DNA of 64,000 bases from Cenococcum geophilum. Its lineage: Eukaryota. Below the pieces are notes generated by a model. That model ran no database searches, was not told the origin of the DNA, and saw only the letters and a list, made by a program, of their open reading frames with translations. Of the stretch, positions 51,887-64,000 are shown piece after piece (position 1 is the first letter of the stretch; the number at the start of each line of letters is the position of its first letter). The DNA is taken from positions 4,340,001 through 4,404,000 of the forward strand of contig CP158635.1 of NCBI GenBank assembly GCA_050273025.1, in the 5' to 3' direction. The translations under genes were made by a program, and so were the position numbers.

Positions 51887-53915
51887 GCAATAGGTATTGT
51901 AAGCTTTATAATGTAGGAGAATCGAATAAACGACTTAATTCTAAATCTATAGAAATTAGGTGAAATATATATATAAATGTAGAGTCTTAACCGTAGGGCC
52001 TATAACTTAATTTCTAACTTCTTTAAGTTATATATAAGGTATGCGAGATATATAAGGATAGTACTAATAATGTCTTAAAGCCTTCCAGGCTATAGTCTTA
52101 TATCTTAATATAGTACTAATAGTCGGTTACATCCCCCCTAGATTTAACGGTGTAGTTAAAGCTATAGAAAACAAATAAAGGTTAAAACTATACTAAAATA
52201 GGAAATTTAGATACAATTTGGGAGTAGTAAAAAGATAGGGTAACTGTGACGGATATCGCGAATATCGTGGATATTGCGGATATTGCGAATAGAATTAATT
52301 AATCTGATGTCGAATATCTACCAAATTCAACTGCTGTATCTATGCTTCGTGCTTTTAACGAGGTAAGATTTTAGTAAGGCTATTAGTAGGTATTTTGTCT
52401 ATAGGAACCTATCGTATATTAATCTTTTTATCTTAAACTTTCTATCTAAGCTAGTGCTAATAGATGTCGATATATTAAAGCTTTATGTTAAGTTTTAGTG
52501 TGTTCTGTCTAAGTAGGCATACAGTCTGTATATTGTCGTATAGTAGGGTAAATTCGCGTTCTAAATTAAAGCCGATTACCTTAAAGAATCGTTGCCACTA
52601 GATGATTTTAACGGCAGTAGTAGATAGGGAGAGAAGCTCTACTTTAGTAGTTAAGCGTATAACAGATCGCTATAGGGTTACTTTCTAATTAATTAAACCT
52701 CTGAATAGGATAAATAGATATCCTTAAGAGCTCTATCTAATCTCTTTATGGTCTGTAAATGCTACGTTAAATACTCTATAAAAGGTAACGTCTTCTCCTT
52801 TAGGGTTTCTAAAGTAGATATAGGCTCTAAATACTTCGCCAGAGTATTTAATAGCTATTGATTTTGTTCTAAGGCAATAGGTAATATATAAGCTTTATAG
52901 TGTGTAGGAATTAAACAAGTAACTTAATTATAAATCTATGGGCATTAAGTGGAATATATATATAAATGTAGAGTCCTATAGAGTAGGGTCTAACTTAATC
53001 TTTAACTATATCTAAGATATATAAGGGTAGGGTCAATTCTATCTCGGAGCCTTCCAGGCTATAGTATTATGTCTTAGCACAGTACTGGTAGTCGGTTATA
53101 TAATAGCTTAGTTTGCCGCGTTAAGGTGTTTTTAATTTAGATTAGTAAGAAATTTAGCTAGTTTAGAATGCGTCTTAGTAATATTAGGACTTCTAAATAT
53201 GGCGAGGTATGTAAGAGAACTAACCCGCTACTAGTAGGCTAGTGTCCTTTAAGGGTTCGTCTACTAGTTAGACGGAATTAGTTCTTTAGTAGAAAGCAAT
53301 AACTTAAGAGATCTTCCTAGTTAAATATTAAATCGATTGGCTATCCTTTTAATATAGGAGTCTTGGTAGAGCTAGAGCTTTCTACTTACTTAATCTCGCT
53401 CAATTTGAATTTTTAGGAACTATTATAGGTCTCCTAGTACACGGATCTCGTATTAATGTAGTAGCTTAGCTTTAAACTCTTCTAGTCTTAGGAGGTCCTC
53501 TTTAGCAAATAGAACGGCAATATCGTCTATTAGTAAATAGGCAGTTAGTACCTAGGATAGGCTTCAATCCAAATTTAGTTAGGGTACTAGTAAGTTCTTT
53601 ATACCAAAGTAGCGGTGATATTTTTAGTCCGTATTGCGCTATAAGTAGCTCTAGGATATGTCCATTTTAATTAAATCCTTCTAGGCAGTAGCAGTATACT
53701 AATTTACTAAGCTTGGCATTTATAAATACGTTTACGGCGTTATACTGTCGAATTTCCAAATTAAATGCAGCTGCTATAGCTATAAGGGCACAGAATATTT
53801 AAGTAGCTAGGGTTGCTGCATAGGTCTCTTCTTTAGTAATCTATAGGTCTCCGCAGACATACAGTTAAGCTTTAAGCTTTTATAGGTAGCCGTCACTATT
53901 AAGCTTATATTTAAT
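51887..53915 (-). mobile_element. 3' part of Copia I (RT-RNase H, PPT, 3' LTR at about 51887-52131)
   Basis: Minus strand, de-RIPped: KYKLDSDGYLxKLKARL, STTEAELL, and PPT AGGGGGGA before TGTAACCGAC. Truncated at about 53915. Confidence 0.85.
52856..53100 (-). mobile_element. Solo LTR related to the Copia I LTR, inserted in Copia I
   Basis: Similar to 51887-52131 and flanked by the direct repeat TAATAGC. Removal restores the host frame. Confidence 0.8.
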
Positions 53916-56900
53916 AATAATAAATTCAATTTACCGTCCAACCCGGTCCCCCTAATGGGTCCACGCAGACTAATTCCTATGGTAAAAACTCAATATACAT
54001 ACTGAGAAAAACCCATTTTTTAGGTAAACAAAAAACCCCCAAGGGAAACGTGAGAGGTAATACTTCTAGATAGCATTCGTACTACATTAACGGGGGAAAA
54101 ACACCGTCAGGTTACTGCTTAGAGACCCCTAAGGAAGGTGTCTCAAATGCCTGTCTTACCCTGTCTGCCTTTTAAACCACTTTCCCTATCTATTATTGCC
54201 TATGTGGAATTGTGTACCTACCCTTCCCCTACTCCGCCCTATATGCATACATATATGCTACTTACAGCTTCCCTACTTATAGCATAATCCAATCTTATTA
54301 TTATACCTTCTAGTATAATCCACTACCCTCCCATATAATGCATTTATATCCAGTCCTATATGACCTTTTTTAAAACCAAAACAATGGGATAGTAATTAGT
54401 GCTAGGTGTCTTTTCCTAGGGCCCCAACCTAGGTCCTTTGTAACATAAAGGAGGACATATACCGCGTGCGGCAGGTCCAAGCTATTAGGTAATAATAAAG
54501 GTGGGTAAATAAGAGGCCTTAAAAGGCAATGGACGAGAGGCTTTTGGAAGGTAGGTAGATAAAGAGGCTTATCGCGGGCTTCAGCCTGTAAGGCGTACGT
54601 ATATACTGTATAGGGTCGTGCAGTATGGCGTACCATACTGTGTAGAAGGAGGACGCCGATTTAGATGCCGTGATTTAAGCAGGTTGACCGTATATAAAGA
54701 CGAGTTGGTCGTGTTCCTAAGGCCTTATTAGGGCTCACCCTCCTAACAGAAACTTCTTTCTTCGCAATTACCCGTCGCAGCGCCAGCGGTGCGCAGCCGT
54801 ACGGACGTCTCTGCGTTTGCTCTAGTAGTCTATTAACACGATCCTAACGGAACATCAATAGTACTGCCAGGTTCCCGGGCTCCACCGCGTGGAGGTGCAG
54901 AGGCCGATTTCATGAAGCCCTAAGCTTATATTTAAAGACCTATTTTAGAAAAAGGATCTACTTATTACTTACTTCTTCTTTTAGTATAGTCTTAAATATC
55001 CCTTAGCGTTTTAGGTCGTTATATTCTTTTTCTATAGCCTTTTAAAAGCTGGTAGTTAATAAATGCTTTTTTAGCTCCTTAAGGTTCTTTAATTTAGGAA
55101 GATTGTCCTAATATAGAGACGAGGATCTAGTTTAGTTAATGTCCTTTACTAATCCTGTGGCAAATCTAACGTAGTAACCAAATAGGGTAGATAGATTGGC
55201 TAGTGCTATCGCATATACTTGACGTTAAATTCATTTAAATCCTTCTGGTAGGATAAGGTCGGTAGAAGGTTTAGCTAAGACTTTGTTAGCTTATAGAGCT
55301 ATTACCTTAGCAAGCTTAGACGCGATTCTATTAGTGCGGATTTTCAATCGGTCCGCAAGCTTACTAATTATATTTGTGCGAAACCACCAGAATTACGTCT
55401 AAGCTATATTTCTAAGGGTTCTTACGCGTTCTAATAATATCCGCGTTATAGAGATTGCGGATATTAAAATAACTTAATACTAATTTTTTATATTATTTCC
55501 TAAAGTTAATTAATTATATAACAGAACCTAGGCTTTTAGAATATATTATTTTTATTACTTAGGTATTTTTAGGTCTTATAATTATTTTCTTTAATAAAAA
55601 AACGTGTTATTAGGAATCCCGTAACTATATATAACTTTATTAAACGCTAGCTAATATATATAAAACCTATATAGACCTATAATAGCTAACCTAAAGAACC
55701 TATTATAGCCTGGCGGATATATAGTGTCCGCGTTATAGTATATAACACCTACTAAAACCTTATCGCGCGCCTACTACTAAGTTACGGATATCTAGGCAAA
55801 TCTACTATATGCCGGCACTAAAACCCACTAGCTAGAGAGGGAAGAAGTTAAATAAGGTGCTAAAACAGCCGCAGCCGTATTAGGTATTAGATAATTGGAC
55901 TTAGAGGAATTATAGAATGGATTAGGAATAATAGCTATAGGACCTTTAAGATTAGCTTCTTGCGCTTCGCGGAGAGAGTAAGGCTTAGTAACTAAGTAAG
56001 GTTAATAAGGCTATTGCTTTTTTATATCCTTATTGCGGATATGCGGAGCAGCTTAAAGCCCTTAGGTGGCTACTGTTTAAAAAAAAAGATATAATACTTA
56101 TTATAAGAACCTTATTTAGCAAGAGTATAATAATATAAGCAATACCATATCTTCTTTAGGCCTTAGTAGTGATTATTATCTTGCTACTTAATATAATTAG
56201 TATAGAGCAGAAGGTAAAGATTAAGGAGCTTCTTAGAATAAAATTAGTTTATATATACGCCGAGATAATATCCGCACGTCTTTTATGGGAAATCCGTATT
56301 AGAGTATATACTTATATTTTAATATCGCTAGAGCTGTTAGTTAGTAAAAGGTTTTATAAAACTTTTACTAACCCTGCCTTTTATATATATATTAGTTTAG
56401 TAGTAATTAATAAGGTACACCTTATAGCTAATTAGGGGGATTTATTCTAAAGTTTGTATACATAGCTATAGAAAGTACGGTCGTTATTAGGGCGGAAGCC
56501 TTGGTTTGCTTATACTATAACACTTAATAATATAATATTTAAGATTATTTAAGGGTTAGTGGGCTTTTAAAATAATATTAACATAGTGCGGACATTAATT
56601 AACCGGGCAGATTTATTAATTATTAGAGAATACGTTAAATGAGGAAGTAAGAAGTCCTTTAAGAGCTTATACTTTATTATAGACTATACGTATACCGCTA
56701 TATCCGCTAAGTAGAGAATCTAATATACGCTAACTCCCCACTAGATCCTAAAGATAATTATCTTTCTTAATTTAAAAGACATGATATTACTCTATAGGGA
56801 CTTAATTTATTTATAGTTAGTATATTACGGGTACCAGGAAGCGCAGGCTAGAAGAGCTATTTAGCTTTATTATGCATTGTTAGCTATTACAGATAAAGAT

Positions 56901-57300
56901 AAACTATATAAGGAGTTTAGAAAGCCTAACTTAGAAATTTATATCCTACTCTCCTCTAACGCGCTTACCTACGGCGCTAATATTCCTAATATTAACTATA
57001 TTGCGCAGTATTATATATATAAAGACAAGTCCATTAATATAATATGGCAACGACTTAGACGCGGTGCTTATAGTAATAGTTAAATAGGTAAGGCAATATT
57101 TCTAATTAAGGATTAGTATAAAGGTCTATATAAGGATATTTGTAACGGAACCTTGTAGTAAGAACTACGGTAGGCTTGTTATTAGGCTAGGTGTATAGGA
57201 AATATAAGTATAAAAGTCAATAACGTAATAATAACTAGTGGAGTGGTTACCCAATAGATTAACTCTAATTATATTCTGAGAATTACTACAAGGAAGAAAC
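53916..57300 (+). mobile_element. Left part of a helicase-bearing element (AcademH-like or related)
   Basis: Abrupt junction with the Copia RT, a lightly RIPped ~1 kb terminal region, then a RecQ-like helicase relic. No second terminus or TSD seen. Confidence 0.45.
56020..57150 (+). pseudogene. RIP-inactivated RecQ-like SF2 helicase
   Basis: De-RIPped motif I ARTSFGKS (about 56103), Ia ILPLN, SPELL, motif II IDEAHLxANWGxxFR (56406-56450), III TAT, V ALxYGADIP and VI WQRLGRGA (about 57045-57070). Confidence 0.88.
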
Positions 57301-57796
57301 TATCTAGGTAGGGACTAAAGTCCTTTAAATATACAACCGTACTCTTAAGAAATCCTTCTTATACGTAATATACGTATACTCTATCTGCTCTATTATAGAT
57401 TATATAGATCGTATAGATTATATAGATCACCCCACGTAACCTTAGTTACTATTCCTCGTTATATAGCTCTATTGGCTCCATCTTAGACTATGCCTAAATT
57501 AACCAACTAGCTTCTTCTAACTCTTCCCTAAGTAGTCATAATATTGTACTTAAAGCGTCTGTAATACTATCTCCCTCCTCTTTATCTTCGTCCTTAAAGA
57601 TTTAAAATATCTCTAGGTTATTTACTAGAGGTATAATATCCGTCTAATTAATTTAGTTAACATTATTGCTTATTATACTTAAAGCAATTTCTTCTTCCTT
57701 AACTGCTTGTTATATTCGCACTATCGCTACAATATTGTCTCTTAGTGAGATTATACCGTCTCTATATTCTCGCTATTTAAAAGAGGGGTTAGTTTA

Positions 57797-60700
57797 TATT
57801 ACGTTGGCGAACCCATCTTCGCGATAACCGTTTTCTTACTTAGAGTGCACTAAAGCGAATATTTATTCGTCTTATAACATTTACTCCGTCTCTAATGCTA
57901 AATATACGCAACCTATTACTCTTAATAGTTATCTAGTTCCCTAACCAATTTGTCTTAGGATTTTATATTTAATCTACTGCTACGCGGCTAGATAATAAAC
58001 TATTTATAGCTCTTGTAGAGCTATATCGTTCCTAAGACGCTAAGTAGGAGGCTATTAATGCTTAGCAACGGGCCCTTAAGTCTCATCTTGCGGCGTCCGC
58101 TCGGTTAATCCGTCTTAAGAAGGTCCGTAAGAAGGTGTATTTTAAGAAGTAGAAACTTATAAAATAGGGTCTACAGGAACTTAGTAATAAAAGAACAGAT
58201 TCTCCTTTAATAGAGAAGGAAATAGATCTAAGTAGTTCGGCAACTGCTCTTCCTAGGTCCCCCTTAGGTGACTTATTCTTTAGTAATTCTTCTTTTTCTA
58301 TACTACCTAACCTAATTTCTTCCGATACTTCTATACCTTTCCTATAGCGTTCTTTAAATTCTATAGTGGTTCCTAGGTAGTCTTAGTATAGCCTGTCTAC
58401 TTAACCTTATACTATATTTTATTATTAATGTCCTTATAACTAACAATCTTTAAAACTTACTATTCGTCTTCTTCCTATCCTCTATATATATCTGCTTTGT
58501 AAACTAGTGGCTTAATATTCCTATATGCTAGCTCTAGTATCGCGATATGCTATATAGGGTAGATCTTTATTTTAGCTGGTAGGTTTAACTTAAATATAAC
58601 CAGTAAAATCCTCTATATAATTTTAAAAGGTCCTAGTCTAACATAGTCTAACTTCTTACTTAGTCATTAACTCTTAAAATTTTTATATAGTAGCTATACT
58701 TTATCTCCCTCCTTAAGATCTAGTCCCTTAGATCTCTTAGCATTATAGTACTTTTTTATTCTCTCTTATACTTTCTTTACTAATTCTATAAGGTCTATAT
58801 AAAGATTTATTAACATCTTTATTCTTTCTTTAGCTGTGCTACTTATTTTCTTTACTTACTATAGTAATAATAATATTCTTAGCTTATATCTGTAATTTGC
58901 CTTAAATAGTAATATACCTATTCCTTCTTAAGGTATTATATTATATGCAAACTATATAACTAGTAATAGCGATACCTAATTATTCTATATATAATTAATA
59001 TAATATCTTAGATACTATTCTAGTGTCTAATTTAATCTTTCCGTTTAACTATCTGTCTGCGGATAATATACGGTAAAAGTTGCTACTTAAACTCCTTACT
59101 CCGCTAAAAATACCTCCTAAAATGCTATTATAAATCTTAGATCCCTATCTAATATAATTTTACTTAGTGCTCCATATCTTATAAACACTTCTTTAATATA
59201 AATTCTAGCAATATCTTCCGCTGAGATTTCTTCCGTATATGCTATAAAGTATCCCCACTTCGTAAGCTTATCCACTATTACTAAGATTGCGTTATAATCT
59301 TATCTAGTAATAGGATCTTTTAACTTTAGCAACTTAACAATAAAGTCCCACGATATGACCTCCTATGGTCTCTCTAGTATTTTAATAGGTTATAGCCCTC
59401 TATACGGCTTATACCTCGTTAGTTTATTCCTTTAACAATCTAAACACTCTCTAGTAACCCTTCTAGCTATCCTTTAGATTCCGTTAATAATATACTCTTC
59501 CTAGAGTCTTAATACTAAGGCCGGAGCTTTATTATATCCCTAAGTTAGTTCCTTATAGAAGTCTTCTATAAACTACTTTACTATGCTTTTTAGGATATAC
59601 TTTGCCTCTTAATTCTTATATATATCTATTTATAGATCTTCTAGCTATGCTTTTAGAATTCTTTATACCTAAAAGCTTTCTAATATCTTATAAACCTTAT
59701 TTAGTTCTTCTTAAGTTATTATAATTTTTAGATAATTGTACCTAATTAATCCGTCTATATCTTTTCGCAGTAAAGCCCCTAATGGCTTTTTATCGTTCTA
59801 TAGTTTAGCTTTGCGACTTAGAGCATCTACTCGCGTATTGTCTATACCCTTAGTATACTAAATCTTGAAATAGTATTCTGTAAGCATCTCTACCCATCTA
59901 ACCTATCTTTGGTTAAGTTCCTTCGTTATTAGAAATCTTATTAGGTTCTTATAATCTGTTTTAACTATAAATAATTTCTCTATACCTTATAAGAATACTC
60001 TCTATTCCTTTAATACTATAACTATACCTAATAACTCCTTATTATAGATATCATAGTTTAACTCTAATAGTGTTATCTTCTAACTATAGTATGCCACTAG
60101 GTGCTATCCGTCTTAATACCTTTATATAAAGTATACCCCTAGTATATAATCTAATATATTTATTTCTATAACCGTTTCTAATCCTAGTTAATAAATCTTA
60201 AAAACTGGCTCCTGGGTGAATAACTCTTTAACTTTCTTAAAGAGTTCTCTCTGTTCCTCCCCCTATGCCTATAGTTCTTCTTTCTTCATTAATCGCGTAA
60301 ATGGCTTAATATCTTTTAACTATTGCGCTATAAACCTTCTACAGTAATTATAAAACCCTAAGAACAATCTTAATTGCGTAACGTTCTCTAGTTCTTACCA
60401 ATTTACTATAGCCTCGATCTTCTTTAGATCTATACTAAGTTAGCCTAGTTTAATAATAAATCTAACAAAATTGGTTTTCCTAGTAAAGAACTCGCATTTC
60501 TTAATTGCTACTAGCATCTGTTCTTCTTATAGTCTCTTTAAGACCTATTTAACGTGTTCTTTATATTCTTCCTTAGTTATTAAGTAGATAATAATATTAT
60601 TAAGGTATACCATAATAAACTCATTTAAGTATTCTCTTAATACGTTGTTAATACGCTTCTAGAACGTTACTAGTGCATTTATAAGCCTAAATTGTATAAC

Positions 60701-63700
60701 TAATAGTTTATATAGTCCTTCCTTTAACCTAAAGGCTGCCTTTTATTTATTACCTTCCTTAATCCTAATCTAATAGTACGCCTATCTTAGATCTATCTTT
60801 ATAAAGATTTACACATTACCTATCCTATCTTAGATTTCGCTAATTAAGGGTAAAGGATACCTATCCTTTCTAGTAATGCTATTTAACTGTCTATAGTCAA
60901 TATACAGCCTTAGTTTACTATTCTTCTTTAGTACAAACAGTACTAAATAACCTACTAATAACTGCGATAGTCTAATATATCCCTTTTGTAGGTTTTCCTA
61001 GATAAACTCTTTTAACGCTCTACCTTCTTCTTCGGTAAGCTTATAGATTAGAAAGAACCTTAGACTTATTCCTGGTTCTAATTCTATCTTATAGTCCTAT
61101 ACTATATACTCTAACAGCTTTTTACTTTCTGGTGACCATAATTTCTTACTATACTTATAGTATCTCTTTAATACATAACTTAAGCCTTTCTCTATTTCTT
61201 TATAGGTCGCTCCTACTTAGTACTATACTAACTTAGCTTATTATTACCTCTTATGGCGTTAAGTATTTCTAATATCGACCTGACCTATAATCCAATTAAT
61301 CTTTAGATTGTATTCCTGTAACTAAGGCATGCCTAATACTGCCTTATCCCGTCCCAATAGTAGGATATTAAAAGATATCTTAATTTGTCTCTCTTTAATA
61401 GTTATCTAAATAGGTCCTATTTTAAGATTAATAATCCCTCCTCCATAGGCTATTAGATCTCCTAAAATTATAACTAATAGGTAAAGTTGCTCCTTCTATC
61501 TATAAGGTAGTCCTATTCTCTTAACTACTACTAGTAAGATATAGTTTCTTATTGCTCCACTATCTATTAGCGCTTTAAACTACTAGTCTTACTATTTAAC
61601 TCGTAAATTTAGGTGTTGTCCTTAAATTCCTTTAAGGGTCTAAGGCTCTACCACTGGCTCCCTCTAGTCCTATAGGCCTCCACTTTTCCTAACTATTAGC
61701 TGCTTAATCCTTATATACTTAGCTTACTCTTTAGCTAATACCTAGTTTACTTTTTATCTTTAATATACTATAGACACGTATTTTCTAGGCATTCCCACCA
61801 CTATTATCCGTCTAAGCATTTTTCTATAAGGAATCTTCCTAATTAAAGTACTAAACTTCCTTCCTCTTGGACTTCTGCTGGATGCCATCTATATATATAT
61901 TTAGCATTCCTATACTATTACTTATCTATTATCCAGTATATCCTTATAGGGTATTTCTAATTCTTTTCTTTTAGATTCTTATGCATTTCGTATATATCGT
62001 CCACGCACGCAATCCATAATAACGTGTAGTGTGCTAGGTGCTTTAGGTTAACTCTTAACTCGTCTTTATCTTTAAGTTTAAACCTTTATTATATTAATCT
62101 AAACGTTATAACTTTATTCGTAGGTACTAAGATATATCTCTCGCTTCTCTAGTCCTCTAAATCTTTTAACGTTATAATTAAGGCTCCTTTAATATACGTT
62201 ATAGCCTTTTCTATAATTAGGTGGTCCTAAATAACTTATTCATCTAACTACATATAGAAGTCTTCCCACTTATCATTATACCTTTACCTATACTACTTTT
62301 AGTACAGCTGCTAGAGTATATACGGCTTGTCTATAAGGAAGTATCTTCTTATTACTGCGTTATAATAGCTCTTTATGTGTCGTTCTTTGAACCTAGTAGG
62401 GATCCCTAAATCCTCTTCATCTTCTAGTTTAGTAAGCCACTTAGCTCTTAATATACCTGCCCTAAGCCTATTAGTAATTCTTTATATTAATACTCTATCC
62501 TTTATACGTCCTAATATACTAAATCTCTTATCTAGTTTCTGTTCTTGCTATGCGATAATTCTTTACCTAAACTCTTCTATAGTTTCTTTTAGTTTACGTC
62601 TTACGCTTAGATCCTCGAAGTCTTCATACTTCTTAATCTTAGTATTAACTTTTTGATCTTTAATCCGAACACTATATTCTACTAGTAAATCTTTTAGGTT
62701 TATATACTCGTCTCCCAGTCTAATTATTATTTACGCTGCAGATTCTCTAATCTATAAAGAAGTCTCTTACCTCTTATTTATAGGTGTCCTTATTTATACT
62801 CCGAATTCTTAACCCCTTTAAATTCTTAATCCTAAGCTTGCTTCTATCTTAAGCTTTACTCTAGCCTTAGTCTAACTAGGCTTACTTAGTATTCTTATCT
62901 TATTTTAAGAGTCTTAAATCTTACTTATCTCGTCTTAAGAGTCTTATGCCTTTAGGAAACTTCGTCCTAAGCTTATTTGTATATTGCTAAACTAAGCCAT
63001 TGCTCTACTCTATCGGTTATCGTCCGTTATAGGTCCTTAAGCTTACCTTATCTCGTTTTAAGAATCTTAGTTGTCTCGCATCTTATTATAAGAATCTTAA
63101 GCCTTTAGCCTTTTGCCTTTATTAAGTACCAAAGTGGTTTACTATTCTACTTTTCTTATATCTTGTGAAGCGATAGACATTATATCTAGTGGGGTTTCAA
63201 TCCCTACTAATATTCCCTATTCTATAGTGGAATTATCCTCTACCTCTAGTATAATATCTCCGAGGTCTACGTGCCCCTAGTAAGCCGCTTCCGTTACCTT
63301 ATTATTATAAAATATTTCGCCTACGTTAAAGTCATCGTCCTTAATATCCAATCTATAAACTGGTTCGTTAGTTCCTCTATATCCTATAGGTGCTAGCTCT
63401 TATAGCTAATAGCTTGCGCTATACTTAGCGTCCTTATAAATTTGGTATACGTTATTATAATAAAACGTAAAACTTTTAATTAAATATTCCTTTATTCCTT
63501 ATAGCATATTATTATTTCTCTATACGTATATATCGTCTACTAGTCTTATTTCTTTTACTATATAGTAACTCTAACCATTCCTATAGTCTCTAACGTAATA
63601 ACCCTATTTTCCGCAATTTATGTAAGCTCCCTCTTTAAACTATTTTTCTTACTATAGAGTCCGCCTAAACGTCTTCTACTACTAAGATCCCTAATTTAGC

Positions 63701-64000
63701 CTCTGCTCCTTAGACCTTTAATTACTTAATCCTTATCCTCTAGGTTTCCACGGTTTCTTACTCTATCTCTTATAGGCTTCTTTAGTACCACTTAGGTCTA
63801 TTAGCTCTGCGCCATACCATAGTTTTTAACTTAACTTTAGTTATTACGTGCTCTGCGCCTTATATAACTGTAGAACTCTATCCTAGCCTTTCTTAGCCTG
63901 TTCCCTTTAGTAGATCTAATTATTAATCTTAATTACTTAATCTATTAGTTCCCTTAGGGTGTCTATATCTTCCATTAGGATAATTACGTCCTAGACTTTA
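57797..64000 (-). mobile_element. Chromodomain Gypsy J (RIPped); 5' end beyond the window; probable 3' LTR at about 57797-58197
   Basis: ALIDSGA at about 61560, VYL(DD)II at about 60600, RNase H, integrase at about 58900-59560, chromodomain TWEP at about 58375. LTR limits are tentative. Confidence 0.88.

Noticed and set aside
12928..62656. Scattered 60-90 aa ORFs in AT-rich regions
   Set aside because: Residual open stretches or antisense frames of RIPped TE genes, not independent genes.

Overview
Filamentous-ascomycete DNA (Pezizomycotina, probably a Dothideomycete-like genome; the species cannot be determined) that is about 90% transposon-derived. It has been heavily mutated by repeat-induced point mutation (RIP): TpA is abundant, CpA/TpG are depleted, and Q/W codons are converted to stops. 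The only intact host gene is a three-exon ZDS1-like gene (7021-10131, minus) in a ~4.2 kb un-RIPped island. Left of it, a Tc1-like element carrying a second ORF is interrupted by a Helitron, which is itself interrupted by a 2.4 kb satellite-filled TIR element with a 2-bp TSD. Right of it is a deep nest resolvable by LTRs and TSDs: Gypsy B hosts Gypsy A and Gypsy C, A hosts a gag-only Ylt1-like element E, and C hosts a GalEa-type Copia D. Further right are a Copia with a clean 2.56 kb internal inversion, a complete Tc1-like DD34E element with a convergent ORF2 and a nested MITE, another Copia with a solo LTR, a RecQ-like helicase relic (AcademH-like) and a chromodomain Gypsy. Two observations stand out: (1) two divergent Tc1-like elements carry a conserved, unannotated convergent accessory protein; (2) a palindromic, CCAAT-flanked cis-module is shared by unrelated Gypsy and Copia elements. 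TE proteins were read by eye with RIP back-correction; no database search was run.
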